Assembly: GCA_046758385.1 (NCBI GenBank)
Contig: JBHIAB010000031.1
Coordinates: 1-20,649 of the forward strand
Length of the DNA: 20,649 nt
Origin: Candidatus Methylomirabilia bacterium
Lineage (GTDB): Bacteria > Methylomirabilota > Methylomirabilia > Rokubacteriales > CSP1-6
Direction: 5' to 3'
Below the pieces are notes generated by a model that was given only the letters and a program-made list of their open reading frames with translations, was not told the DNA's origin and searched no databases. Positions 1 through 7,913 of this stretch are shown piece by piece (positions within the stretch are counted from its first letter, which is position 1; each line of letters starts with the position of its first letter). Both the position numbers and the translations under genes were made by a program.

Positions 1-935
1 AAGTGCAGATACGTGAAGTCGTCCAGGTCGGCTCGGGTGCACCCCCGTTCCAGATGGAGCGTGTCCGACATGATCCCGTAGAGGAGCGCCGTGGCCAGTC
101 GCTGGGTGATCTTGACCTCGGCCGCGCGCAGGTAGTCGGTGAGGATGGTGGAGGTCGCGCCGTAGGAGGGGCGGATGTCCTTGATGAACGCCCGCACGTT
201 GCGGCCTTCGGGGTGGTGATCAACGACCAAGTCCACCGCCTGGAAGCGCTGCTCGAAGAGCGCAGGCTGGGCATCCACCATGGCCACGCGATCGTAGGAG
301 CCGAGAGTCGGCGCGTGAATCTCCTCCACGTCGATCTCCAGGATTCGGCACATGGCGCGGTTCTCAGGCCGGGTGACGCTGCCGAAGGTGGCGATGGGCG
401 CCGAGGCCTTGTTGCGGCCCAGCAGGGTGCGGAGAGCGAGGGCGGAGGCGATGGCGTCGGGGTCAGGGTCGTCCTGCATCATGATGAGGACGCGCTCGGC
501 CGCCGCGAAGTGGGTGCGGATCCGCTCCACGCGGCCACGGAGCTGGGCTCGCTCGATGGCGGGTTGGATGAGCCGCTCGGTGAAGGCCGAAAGGGGGAGC
601 GTGACGACGCCCGAGGAGTTGTCGGCCGGGGGCTCTTGGTTCTCCTTGATCACGACCAGGGGGGCGCGGGGCACGGCAGCCCGAAGTGCCGCGAGCATTC
701 TGTCCACCCGATCTCTCGGGGCCGTCAGGAGGGCGGACTCGGTCCCGGTTCGAAAGGCCCGGCGATAAGTGGCCGGGTCCTCCAGGTCCCCTGAAATGAC
801 CGGCTCCCCCCGACGCGCGATCCGGGCGCGGACGGCTGGGTCCCTGACGACGTAGAGGGGGGGCTCGCCGGGGAACGGCGTGCCTCGGAAGAGCTGGAAG
901 AGGAAATCGTCGGGACAGATCAGTAGGGATCGCAT
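1..935 (-). CDS. DHH-family phosphoesterase (NrnA-like), N-terminal ~311 aa. The C-terminus lies beyond the left edge. ATG at 935..933.
   Basis: The six-frame track omits this ORF because it has no stop inside the window. My manual reverse translation from ATG 935..933 gives MRSLLICPDDFLFQLFRGTPFPGEPPLYVVRD... DHH motif I is ...VLIMMQDDPDPDAIASALAL..., and motif III is the DHH in ...VDLVVDHHPEGRNVRAFIKDIRPSYGATSTILTDYL... Third codon positions are G/C-rich along the whole length. The start lies upstream of the tkt stop (920..922), giving a 16-nt overlap. Confidence 0.6.
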   Translation of the reverse strand, partial: MRSLLICPDDFLFQLFRGTPFPGEPPLYVVRDPAVRARIARRGEPVISGDLEDPATYRRAFRTGTESALLTAPRDRVDRMLAALRAAVPRAPLVVIKENQEPPADNSSGVVTLPLSAFTERLIQPAIERAQLRGRVERIRTHFAAAERVLIMMQDDPDPDAIASALALRTLLGRNKASAPIATFGSVTRPENRAMCRILEIDVEEIHAPTLGSYDRVAMVDAQPALFEQRFQAVDLVVDHHPEGRNVRAFIKDIRPSYGATSTILTDYLRAAEVKITQRLATALLYGIMSDTLHLERGCTRADLDDFTYLH

Positions 936-2797
936 CGTCCGCTCCTGCCCGTGACCCTGAGGACCGTCTCGGCGATCTGCCGAGCGCTGATCCCGTATCG
1001 GTCCAGCAGTGCCTGCGGCCCCCCGCTCCGGGGCAGTTCTCGGACGGCGAGCTTGAACACCCGGACCCCTTCGGGGGCTACGGCTTCCAGGACAGCATCG
1101 CCGAGCCCGCCTTCGGCGTAGTGGTCCTCCACGGTGATGAGACGGCCCCGCGAGGCGTGCGCCGCCGCCAGGACGCCTTCTCGGTCGAGGGGTTTGACCG
1201 AGTAGAGATCAATGACGCGAATCGCAATCCCCCGCTGACCGAGCTCAGCCCAGGCCTTGAGCGCCTCGTGAAGCGTCACACCCGCGCCCACCACCGTGAC
1301 TTGATCCGCCTCGGTCGCCCGAAGCACCTTCGTCCCTCCGATGGCGAAGGACTCGTCGGACCGGTAGATCACCGGTGTCTTCGGGCGCGCGGTTCGGATG
1401 TACACGATTCCGGAATGTCCTGCGGCCAGCTCGACCGACCGCTCGGCCGCGACTGCGTCAGCGGGATAGAGAATGGTCGAGCCTGGCACGGTCCGAAACA
1501 TCGCGAGGTCCTCGAGCCCCATCTGGGAGGGCCCGTCCTCCCCGATGCTGACCCCGCAATGCGACCCGCAGAATTTCAGGCTTGCCCGAGAGATGGCGGC
1601 CATTCGGATCTGGTCGAAGGCCCGGGTGAGAAAGCACGCAAACGACGACACGAAGGGGATCTTTCCGCACGCGCCGAGGCCGGCGCCCGCAGCGACCATG
1701 TTCTGCTCGGCGATGAATCCTTCGATGTACTGATCCGGACACGCTTCCTTGAACCGCTCCGCAAAGGTGGAGTTCTTGACATCGCCATCGATGGCCACGA
1801 TCGCCGGGTTCAGCTTGCCGAGCTTGGCCAGGCCTGTTCCGTAGGCTTCTCGCGTGGCAATCATCTCCCCGACCGCGTAGCTCGGGACGGGTAGCGGGAG
1901 GAGCATGGGGGGGGCCACGGGCGGGGGAGCCGGGGGCTTGGGCGTGCGGACAGGCGGTAACTTGCCGCCCTGGAGCTGGCGCTCGAGGTGGGCGATGGCC
2001 CGCGTCGCTTGATCCTCCTTCAACGGCTTGCCGTGCCACCCGCCCTGGTCCTCGATCTCCGGAATGCCTTTCGCCTTGATGGTCCGGGCCAGCACAGCCA
2101 CCGGCCGCCCGGAGGGCCGTTTCGCGCGGCGCAAGGTCTTCACCACCTGGCCCATGTCATGGCCGTCGACGAGGAGCGTCCGCCAGCCGAATGCTTCGAA
2201 TCGCTTCCGGTATGAGGGGAGATCGTGCTCGAGCATGGTGGGCTGCGACTGACCGAGGCGGTTGATGTCCACGATGGCCACCAGGTTGTCGAGCTTGTAG
2301 TAGCCCGCGATCTCCGCCGCTTCCCAGACGCTGCCCTCCGCGCACTCCCCGTCCCCGAGCAGGACAAACACCGTGCGGGGCAGGCCGTCGAGCTTGCCCG
2401 CTAGGGCCATCCCCACCCCGTTGCTGAGCCCCTGGCCCAGCGAGCCGGTGGCAACGTCGACAAACGGCAGGCGGGGCGTGGGATGGCCCTCGAGGTCACT
2501 GTCGATTCGGCGGAGGGTCAGGAGGGCGTCGGGGGAGATGCGGCTGGCTTCGGTCCACGCAGCGTACAACACCGGCGCGGCGTGCCCTTTGCTCAGGATA
2601 AAGCGGTCGCTGTCCGGGGCGGCCGGGCGGTCGGGCCTGATGCGCATGACGTCGAAGAAGAGCGCGGCCATGACATCGGCCGCCGAGCAGCAGCTGGTTG
2701 GATGTCCGCTCCCGGCGGCCGTGGTGGCCCGGATCGAATGGATCCGGAGCCGCGTGGCGCGGTCTTGAAGGCCGATGACATGCGCCTGGACCCCCAT
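920..2797 (-). CDS. tkt: Transketolase, 625 aa. It appears to be a fusion of the split-type N-terminal (TPP-binding) and C-terminal (pyrimidine-binding) halves.
   Basis: The N half carries GSGHPTSCCSAADVMAALFF, SKGHAAPVLYA, GDGECAEGSVWEAAEIAG and DINRLGQS (TPP-binding module). The C half begins MIATREAYG...IEGFIAEQNMV (Pyr module plus transketolase C-terminal domain). A strong RBS (GAGGAGGAGG) sits before ATG 2797. Confidence 0.9.
   Translation of the reverse strand: MGVQAHVIGLQDRATRLRIHSIRATTAAGSGHPTSCCSAADVMAALFFDVMRIRPDRPAAPDSDRFILSKGHAAPVLYAAWTEASRISPDALLTLRRIDSDLEGHPTPRLPFVDVATGSLGQGLSNGVGMALAGKLDGLPRTVFVLLGDGECAEGSVWEAAEIAGYYKLDNLVAIVDINRLGQSQPTMLEHDLPSYRKRFEAFGWRTLLVDGHDMGQVVKTLRRAKRPSGRPVAVLARTIKAKGIPEIEDQGGWHGKPLKEDQATRAIAHLERQLQGGKLPPVRTPKPPAPPPVAPPMLLPLPVPSYAVGEMIATREAYGTGLAKLGKLNPAIVAIDGDVKNSTFAERFKEACPDQYIEGFIAEQNMVAAGAGLGACGKIPFVSSFACFLTRAFDQIRMAAISRASLKFCGSHCGVSIGEDGPSQMGLEDLAMFRTVPGSTILYPADAVAAERSVELAAGHSGIVYIRTARPKTPVIYRSDESFAIGGTKVLRATEADQVTVVGAGVTLHEALKAWAELGQRGIAIRVIDLYSVKPLDREGVLAAAHASRGRLITVEDHYAEGGLGDAVLEAVAPEGVRVFKLAVRELPRSGGPQALLDRYGISARQIAETVLRVTGRSGRCDPY
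1865..1963 (-). other. Pro-rich inter-domain linker of transketolase (KLPPVRTPKPPAPPPVAPPMLLPLPVPSYAVGE). It contains a G8/C8 homopolymer at 1907..1914.
   Basis: I translated this segment by hand. The linker is followed by an internal Met (1864..1862), exactly where separate C-subunits of split transketolases start. A GGGGAG sits directly before that Met. Confidence 0.6.
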
Positions 2798-2843
2798 ACC
2801 TCCTCCTCGGTGCTTCCCTTCTCAAGGACGGTGACTTGTTTCT

Positions 2844-2963
2844 CCGGGGGTCCCACAATTTCCCTCCACCCGTGGGGGGAGGAACAGGGGGAGGGGGCGC
2901 GCCTGCTTAACACACGGACCCTCACCCCGGCTCTCTCTCCCTGGAAGGGAGAGGGACCCCCGG
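2844..2963. repeat. GC-rich structured element of about 120 bp. It is closed by an 11-bp perfect inverted repeat, CCGGGGGTCCC (2844..2854) against GGGACCCCCGG (2953..2963), and encloses at least two internal hairpins.
   Basis: The inverted termini are read directly from the sequence. Internal palindromes are CCCTCCACCC/GTGGGGGGAGG (about 2861..2892) and TCTCTCCC-TGGAA-GGGAGAG (about 2933..2956). Part of its core motif recurs at 7914..7950 and 17586..17603. Confidence 0.5.
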
Positions 2964-3055
2964 GGGGCGTCATCGTCCTTGCGAAACGACGCACTTGGTT
3001 AAGGTTGAATTTTCTTTCCTCGAAGGTACTGACAGGTGACTTGCCTCAACAACTC

Positions 3056-3066
3056 TATGTTAAGAT
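3056..3066 (+). promoter_or_regulatory. Candidate extended -10 promoter element (TGtTAAGAT) for the dehydrogenase operon, inside an AT-rich island (about 2990..3115).
   Basis: This is the only AT-rich stretch for several kb. TGnTAnnnT lies 56 nt upstream of the pdhA ATG. No convincing -35 hexamer is present. Confidence 0.3.
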
Positions 3067-3121
3067 AAAGGTTAGGATGATGGTAACAGACATTCTTGGC
3101 CTCGCCTAGCGAGAGCGGAGC

Positions 3122-4219
3122 ATGCCAAGACGCGTCATCGACCTCCCCGACTCCGTGGAGTTCCTCTCGATCCTCGACGCCAAGGGCAACGTGGACCATG
3201 CCCTTGAGCCAGCGATCCCTGACGACGACCTCAAGCGCCTCTACCGGACCATGCTGCTGGCGCGGCGCTTCGACGAGCGCTTGCTTCGCCTGCAGCGCCA
3301 GGGTCGGATCGGCACCTTCGGACCCATTGTCGGGCATGAGGCGATCTCGATCGGCAGCGTCTATGCGCTCCGGTCCACCGACTGGGTCGTCCCTTACTAT
3401 CGCGAGTGGCCGGGTCTGTGGTTGCTCGGGTGGGCTCCCGAGGACTTCATCCTTTACTACGCGGGGTACGCCGAAGGGATGCGGGTCCCCGAGGGCATCC
3501 GCGCGCTTCCCCACTACATTCCCATTGCCAGCCAGATCCCCCACGCCGTCGGCCTGGCTTACGCCGCCCGTTACAAGGGCGAGGACAGCGTGGTCCTCAC
3601 CTTTTTCGGGGATGGAGCGACTTCCCACGGCGACTTCCACGAAGGGATGAATTTCGCCGGGGTCTGGCAGGTTCCGGTCATCTTCTGCTGCGAGAACAAC
3701 CAGTGGGCGATTTCCCTTCCCGTAAGAAAGCAGACGCAGTCGAAGACCCTCGCCCAGAAGGCGATCGCGTATGGCTTCCCGGGAGTCCAGGTGGACGGCA
3801 ACGACATCCTGGCGGTCTACGTCGCGACCCGTGAGGCGATCGAGCGCGCGCGGGCTGGACAGGGGCCCACGCTGATCGAGTGCCTCACCTACCGCCTCGG
3901 GGCCCACACCACCGCCGACGACCCGACCAAGTACCGGAGCGAGGAGGAGGTCAAGGCCTGGCAGAAGAAGGACCCGCTCATCCGCTTCCGCAAGTATATG
4001 GAGGCCAAAGGCCTCCTGGACCAGGCCGCACACGCCGCCCTGGAGGATGAACTGACTGAGGAGATCCGGTCGGCCGTTGAGCGGGCCGAAGCGCGCATGG
4101 ACGGCGACCTCCGGGAGGTCTTCACTCACGTGTACGCCGAGTTGCCGGCCGAGCTCGAGGAGCAGCGGGAGGAGCTGATCCGCTATCTCTCCGAGTCTCC
4201 CGGTCGGCCAGAGAGGTAG
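3122..4219 (+). CDS. pdhA: 2-oxo-acid dehydrogenase E1 component, alpha subunit (pyruvate dehydrogenase PdhA type; BCKDH alpha cannot be excluded), 365 aa.
   Basis: TPP-binding GDGATSHGDFHEGMNFA. E1alpha loop motif YRLGAHTTADDPTKYR. The N-terminal architecture resembles Gram-positive-type PdhA. Confidence 0.85.
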   Translation: MPRRVIDLPDSVEFLSILDAKGNVDHALEPAIPDDDLKRLYRTMLLARRFDERLLRLQRQGRIGTFGPIVGHEAISIGSVYALRSTDWVVPYYREWPGLWLLGWAPEDFILYYAGYAEGMRVPEGIRALPHYIPIASQIPHAVGLAYAARYKGEDSVVLTFFGDGATSHGDFHEGMNFAGVWQVPVIFCCENNQWAISLPVRKQTQSKTLAQKAIAYGFPGVQVDGNDILAVYVATREAIERARAGQGPTLIECLTYRLGAHTTADDPTKYRSEEEVKAWQKKDPLIRFRKYMEAKGLLDQAAHAALEDELTEEIRSAVERAEARMDGDLREVFTHVYAELPAELEEQREELIRYLSESPGRPER

Positions 4220-4231
4220 AGGGAGCGTACC

Positions 4232-5212
4232 ATGACCAAGCTGACGATGGTGAAGGCGATCAACCTGGCCCTGCACCAGGAGATGGAGCGGGACGACGAC
4301 GTCCTGGTTCTCGGCGAGGACGTCGGAGTCGACGAGGGAGTCTTCCGCGTCACCGAGGGGCTCCTCACGAAGTTCGGCGAGCAGCGGGTGGTTGACACCC
4401 CGCTGGCGGAGGGGGCCATCATCGGGAGCGCGATCGGCATGGCTCTCTACGGCCTCAAGCCGGTCGCCGAGATCCAGTTCTCCGGGTTTTCCTTCCAGGC
4501 GTTTCACCAGATCGAGAACCACGCTGCCCGCTACCGCCAGCGGACGCAGGGGCGCTACCACTGCCAGCTCGTGATCCGGATGCCCTATGGTGGCGGCATC
4601 CGGGCCCTCGAGTTCCACTCCGAGAGCGAGGAAGCCTACTTTGCCCACCTCCCGGGCATAAAGATCGTCATCCCCTCGGGGCCGCGGTCCGCCCGCGCAT
4701 TGCTCGTCAGCGCGATCCGAGATCCTGATCCTGTCGTCTTCTTCGAGCCCAAAGCGCTCTACCACGCTTTCAAGGAGGAGGTGCCCGAAGAGGTGGAGAC
4801 ACTCCCGATTGGCCAGGCCCGGGTGGCCAGAGAGGGGAATGATCTCACACTCATAGCCTACGGCGCCATGCTCCGCTATGCCCAGGAGGCGGCAGAGAAG
4901 CTCAAGGCGGAAGATGGGGTGGAGACCGATGTGATCGACCTCCTCTCGGTCTCCCCGATGGACACCGAGACGGTGGCGGCTTCTGTGCGAAAGACCGGCC
5001 GGGTCGTGGTCGCCCACGAGGCCCAGCGGACCTGCGGGGTGGGGGCTGAGCTGGCCGCGCGCATTGTTGAGAAGGCCTTCCTGTCTCTGGAGGCGCCGAT
5101 TCGCCGCGTCACAGCCTTCGACGTCGCCTACCCTGGCTTCGCTCGCGAGAAGAGCTGGTTCCCCGACGCCGACCGGATCGTGTGGGCTGCCCGCGACACC
5201 CTGAAGTTCTAG
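4232..5212 (+). CDS. pdhB: 2-oxo-acid dehydrogenase E1 component, beta subunit, 326 aa.
   Basis: MTKLTMVKAINLALHQEMERDDDVLVLGEDVG...FRVTEGL...FGEQRVVDTPLAEGAIIGSAIGMALYG is a classic E1beta N-terminus. RBS GGGAG sits 8 nt upstream. Confidence 0.9.
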   Translation: MTKLTMVKAINLALHQEMERDDDVLVLGEDVGVDEGVFRVTEGLLTKFGEQRVVDTPLAEGAIIGSAIGMALYGLKPVAEIQFSGFSFQAFHQIENHAARYRQRTQGRYHCQLVIRMPYGGGIRALEFHSESEEAYFAHLPGIKIVIPSGPRSARALLVSAIRDPDPVVFFEPKALYHAFKEEVPEEVETLPIGQARVAREGNDLTLIAYGAMLRYAQEAAEKLKAEDGVETDVIDLLSVSPMDTETVAASVRKTGRVVVAHEAQRTCGVGAELAARIVEKAFLSLEAPIRRVTAFDVAYPGFAREKSWFPDADRIVWAARDTLKF

Positions 5213-6477
5213 TGGGCAAACAGTTCAAGCTTCCAGACCTGGGCGAAGGGCTTACCGAAGCAGAGATCGTTCGGATTCTCGTCTCCGAGGGAGAGGACGT
5301 GAAGGAGGACCAGGTCCTCCTCCTCGTGGAGACGGAGAAGGCCCAGGTCGAGCTTCCCTCCCCCTATGGCGGGCGCGTGAGCCAGATCCATGTCCAGCCC
5401 GGGGAGCGGGTCAAGGTGGGGACCGTGCTCTTCACCTTCGACGAGGTCGGCAAAGCGGCCGCGCCCAGGCCCAAGCCGGCACCGGTACCCACGGCTCCGC
5501 CGAGGGTCGAGCCCGCAGCGCGGTGCCCCGGCGCGCCAGCGCCGGCCACCCCGGTCACGCGGCGTCTCGCTCGTGAGCTCGGCGTTGACCTGGCTCGGGT
5601 CAACGGGACCGGGCCTGGCGGACGGATTACCGATGAAGACGTGCGGGCCGCCGCGGGGATCGCGGCGGCTGCCGCCGAGGCTCCTGCCCCTGCTCGCCCT
5701 GAAGCTCCACCCGAGGCCCTGGAGGCGTTTCCGCTTCGGCTGCCGCTCCCGCCTCTCCCGCGCTTCGAGCAGTGGGGACCGGTCGAGCGTGAGGCGCTCC
5801 GGGCGGTCCGGCGGCGGAGCGCCGAGCACATGGCCCTCGCCTGGGCCCTGATCCCTCATGTCACCCACTTCGATCAGGCTGACCTCACCGACCTCGAAGC
5901 CTTCCGCCGCCGCCACCAGCGGCTTGCTCAGACGTGGGGTGCCGATCTCACGTTGACGCTGTTCCTGGTGAAGGCAGCCGCCGTGGCACTCCAGGCCTAC
6001 CCCCGTCTCAACGCGAGCCTCGACCACGAGCGCGGCGAGCTGATCCTCAAGCGCTATTACCATATCGGTGTCGCGGTGGAGACCGAGCGAGGGCTGATCG
6101 TGCCGGTCATCCGCGATGTGGACAGGAAGCGCATCAAGGAGCTGGCGGTGGAGCTGACCGATCTGGTGACGCGCACCCGCGAGGGGAGCGTCACGGTGGA
6201 AGAGCTCCGGGGCGGCACCTTCACCGTCACCAACGTGGGTGTCTCAGGGGGGATCGGCGCCACGCCCATCATCAACTATCCCGAGGTGGTGATTCTGGGT
6301 GTCGGTCGGGCCCAGGAGCAACCGGTCGTGCGGGAAGGCCAGATCGTGGCCCGTCTGATGCTTCCGCTCTGCCTCTCCTTCGACCATCGCGCCCTCGACG
6401 GGGCCGATGCGGCTCGCTTCGTTCGCGCCCTGGTGCAGATCCTGGAGGATCCGGGGCGTCTCCTCCTGGAGGCTTGA
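5212..6477 (+). CDS. pdhC: Dihydrolipoamide acyltransferase (E2) with a single lipoyl domain, 421 aa from GTG 5212.
   Basis: GTG 5212 overlaps the pdhB TAG stop (TAGTG). Lipoyl-lysine context LLVETEKAQVELPS (K codon at 5338..5340). E3-binding domain PVTRRLARELGVDLARVNGTGPGGRITDEDV. Catalytic motif SFDHRALDGADAARF. Ala/Pro-rich inter-domain linkers. Confidence 0.9.
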   Translation: MGKQFKLPDLGEGLTEAEIVRILVSEGEDVKEDQVLLLVETEKAQVELPSPYGGRVSQIHVQPGERVKVGTVLFTFDEVGKAAAPRPKPAPVPTAPPRVEPAARCPGAPAPATPVTRRLARELGVDLARVNGTGPGGRITDEDVRAAAGIAAAAAEAPAPARPEAPPEALEAFPLRLPLPPLPRFEQWGPVEREALRAVRRRSAEHMALAWALIPHVTHFDQADLTDLEAFRRRHQRLAQTWGADLTLTLFLVKAAAVALQAYPRLNASLDHERGELILKRYYHIGVAVETERGLIVPVIRDVDRKRIKELAVELTDLVTRTREGSVTVEELRGGTFTVTNVGVSGGIGATPIINYPEVVILGVGRAQEQPVVREGQIVARLMLPLCLSFDHRALDGADAARFVRALVQILEDPGRLLLEA

Positions 6478-6480
6478 GGC

Positions 6481-7902
6481 ATGGTTGTCGGCGATCTTCC
6501 CCGGGAGGCCGAACTGGTGGTGATCGGCGGCGGCCCCGGCGGGTACGCCGCGGCGTTCAGGGCTGCCGACTTGGGGATGGAGACGGTCCTGGTGAACGAG
6601 ACGGCGGAGCTTGGGGGCGAGTGCCTCCACGCGGGGTGCATCCCCTCCAAGGCCCTTCTGGGTATCGCCGAGCTGATCGCGGAAGCCTCCCACGCCCGCG
6701 CTGCGGGGGTCGAGTTTGGTCAGCCCACGATCGTTCCTAAGCGCCTCCATGCCTGGACCCGTGCCTCCATCGAGCGCCTCGCGAAGGGCCTCGGTGCCCT
6801 GGCTCGCGATCGGGGTGTAGAGGTGATTCAGGGTCGGGCGCGCTTTGAAGACTCCCGCATCCTCGTGATCGAGGGGGAGCCACCGGCTCGCATCCGCTTC
6901 CATCACGCCGTGCTCGCCACGGGCTCGCACCCCGCGACACTCCCCGGGCTCGATCCCGACGCACCCTGGGTGTGGGACTCGCGCAGGGCACTGGCCCTGG
7001 AGACGGTTCCTCCGCGCCTCCTCGTGGTGGGTGGCGGGTACATCGGCCTGGAGCTCGGATCCATCTACTCGGCGCTGGGGAGCGAAGTGACGGTGGTGGA
7101 GCTGACCGAGGGGCTCATGCCCGGCGTGGACCACGACCTCGTCAACGTCCTCGCGCGCCGGCTTGCCGGCCAGTTCAAAGCGATACATCTAAAGACGAAG
7201 CTGGTTGAGGCGCGCGAGGCCGGCTCGAGCGTGGAGGTGGTGCTGCAAGAGGAAGGGGCCCCGAGCCGGCAGGAGTTTGACCGGGTGCTGGTGGCGGTGG
7301 GTCGCCGTCCCAACTCCGCTGATCTCGGCCTGCAGCGGACGGCGGTCGAGCTCACCCCGCAGGGCGTTGTTCTCGTCGATGCCCAGCGGCGCACCACCGA
7401 CTCACACATCTACGCCGTTGGTGATGTGGCCGGCGAGCCTATGCTGGCCCACAAGGCCATCGCCGAGGGGAAAGCGGCTGCGGAGGCCATCGCGGGACAC
7501 CCGGCGGCCTTCGAGCCCCAAGCGATCCCCGCGGTGGTCTTCACCGACCCCGAGGTGGCCTGGTGCGGGCTGACCGAGGAGGGGGCTCGGGCTCAGGGGA
7601 TCAAGGTCAAAGCGGTGACGATGCCTTGGTCGGCCTCAGGCAGGGCCGTGGCGATGGGACGAACAGACGGGCTTACCAAGCTCATCTTCGACCCTGCGAG
7701 CAGCCGGCTCCTCGGAGTGGGCATCGTGGGCCGCAACGCGGGGGAGCTGATCGCCGAAGGCGCTCTCGCCGTGGAGATGGCCGCCCTCGCCGAAGATCTC
7801 GCTGGGACCATTCACACCCACCCGACCCTCTCCGAGACGCTGGGTGAGGCCGCCGAGCTCTTCCTCGGCCGCCCGACTCACCTCCCCCGCCCCCGCCGCT
7901 AG
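6481..7902 (+). CDS. lpd: Dihydrolipoamide dehydrogenase (E3), 473 aa.
   Basis: FAD-binding GGGPGGYAAAF. Redox disulfide GGECLHAGCIPSK. C-terminal HTHPTLSE interface motif. Starts 3 nt after the E2 stop with GGAGG 10 nt upstream. Confidence 0.9.
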   Translation: MVVGDLPREAELVVIGGGPGGYAAAFRAADLGMETVLVNETAELGGECLHAGCIPSKALLGIAELIAEASHARAAGVEFGQPTIVPKRLHAWTRASIERLAKGLGALARDRGVEVIQGRARFEDSRILVIEGEPPARIRFHHAVLATGSHPATLPGLDPDAPWVWDSRRALALETVPPRLLVVGGGYIGLELGSIYSALGSEVTVVELTEGLMPGVDHDLVNVLARRLAGQFKAIHLKTKLVEAREAGSSVEVVLQEEGAPSRQEFDRVLVAVGRRPNSADLGLQRTAVELTPQGVVLVDAQRRTTDSHIYAVGDVAGEPMLAHKAIAEGKAAAEAIAGHPAAFEPQAIPAVVFTDPEVAWCGLTEEGARAQGIKVKAVTMPWSASGRAVAMGRTDGLTKLIFDPASSRLLGVGIVGRNAGELIAEGALAVEMAALAEDLAGTIHTHPTLSETLGEAAELFLGRPTHLPRPRR

Positions 7903-7913
7903 TTTTGCCTTAC

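Noticed and set aside
3-794. 263-aa plus-strand ORF (and the nested 352..768 ORF) at the left edge
   Set aside because: It lies antisense to the well-supported DHH phosphoesterase frame. It is Gly/Arg/Asp-rich low complexity with no motif, a typical spurious open frame in high-GC DNA.
2798-2990. Possible TPP riboswitch in the putative tkt leader (transketolase is a TPP enzyme)
   Set aside because: I read the minus-strand RNA. It has GGGGUGAGGG and GGAGGGAAA fragments, but none of the conserved aptamer core (CUGAGA ... ACCUGAUCUGGAUAAUGCCAGCGUAGGGAA arrangement). This is not supportable without an Rfam scan.
3077-3109. 10-codon ORF MMVTDILGLA in the pdhA leader as a stand-alone small gene
   Set aside because: It is too short, with no convincing RBS. 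I keep it only as a possible uORF or leader-peptide note inside the promoter-island finding.
2999-5017. 672-aa minus-strand ORF spanning the pdhA/pdhB region
   Set aside because: It lies antisense to two strongly supported E1 genes. The R/G/P/L-rich composition is an artefact of GC3 bias on the opposite strand. The same reasoning applies to 5209..6063(-), 5934..6740(+), 6244..7188(-) and 9013..10068(+).
5460-5780. Ala/Pro-rich repeats inside E2 (AAPRPKPAPVPTAPP..., PAPARPEAPPEALEAFPLRLPLPPLP)
   Set aside because: These are the standard flexible inter-domain linkers of lipoyl-bearing E2 subunits, not an insertion or repeat expansion of note.
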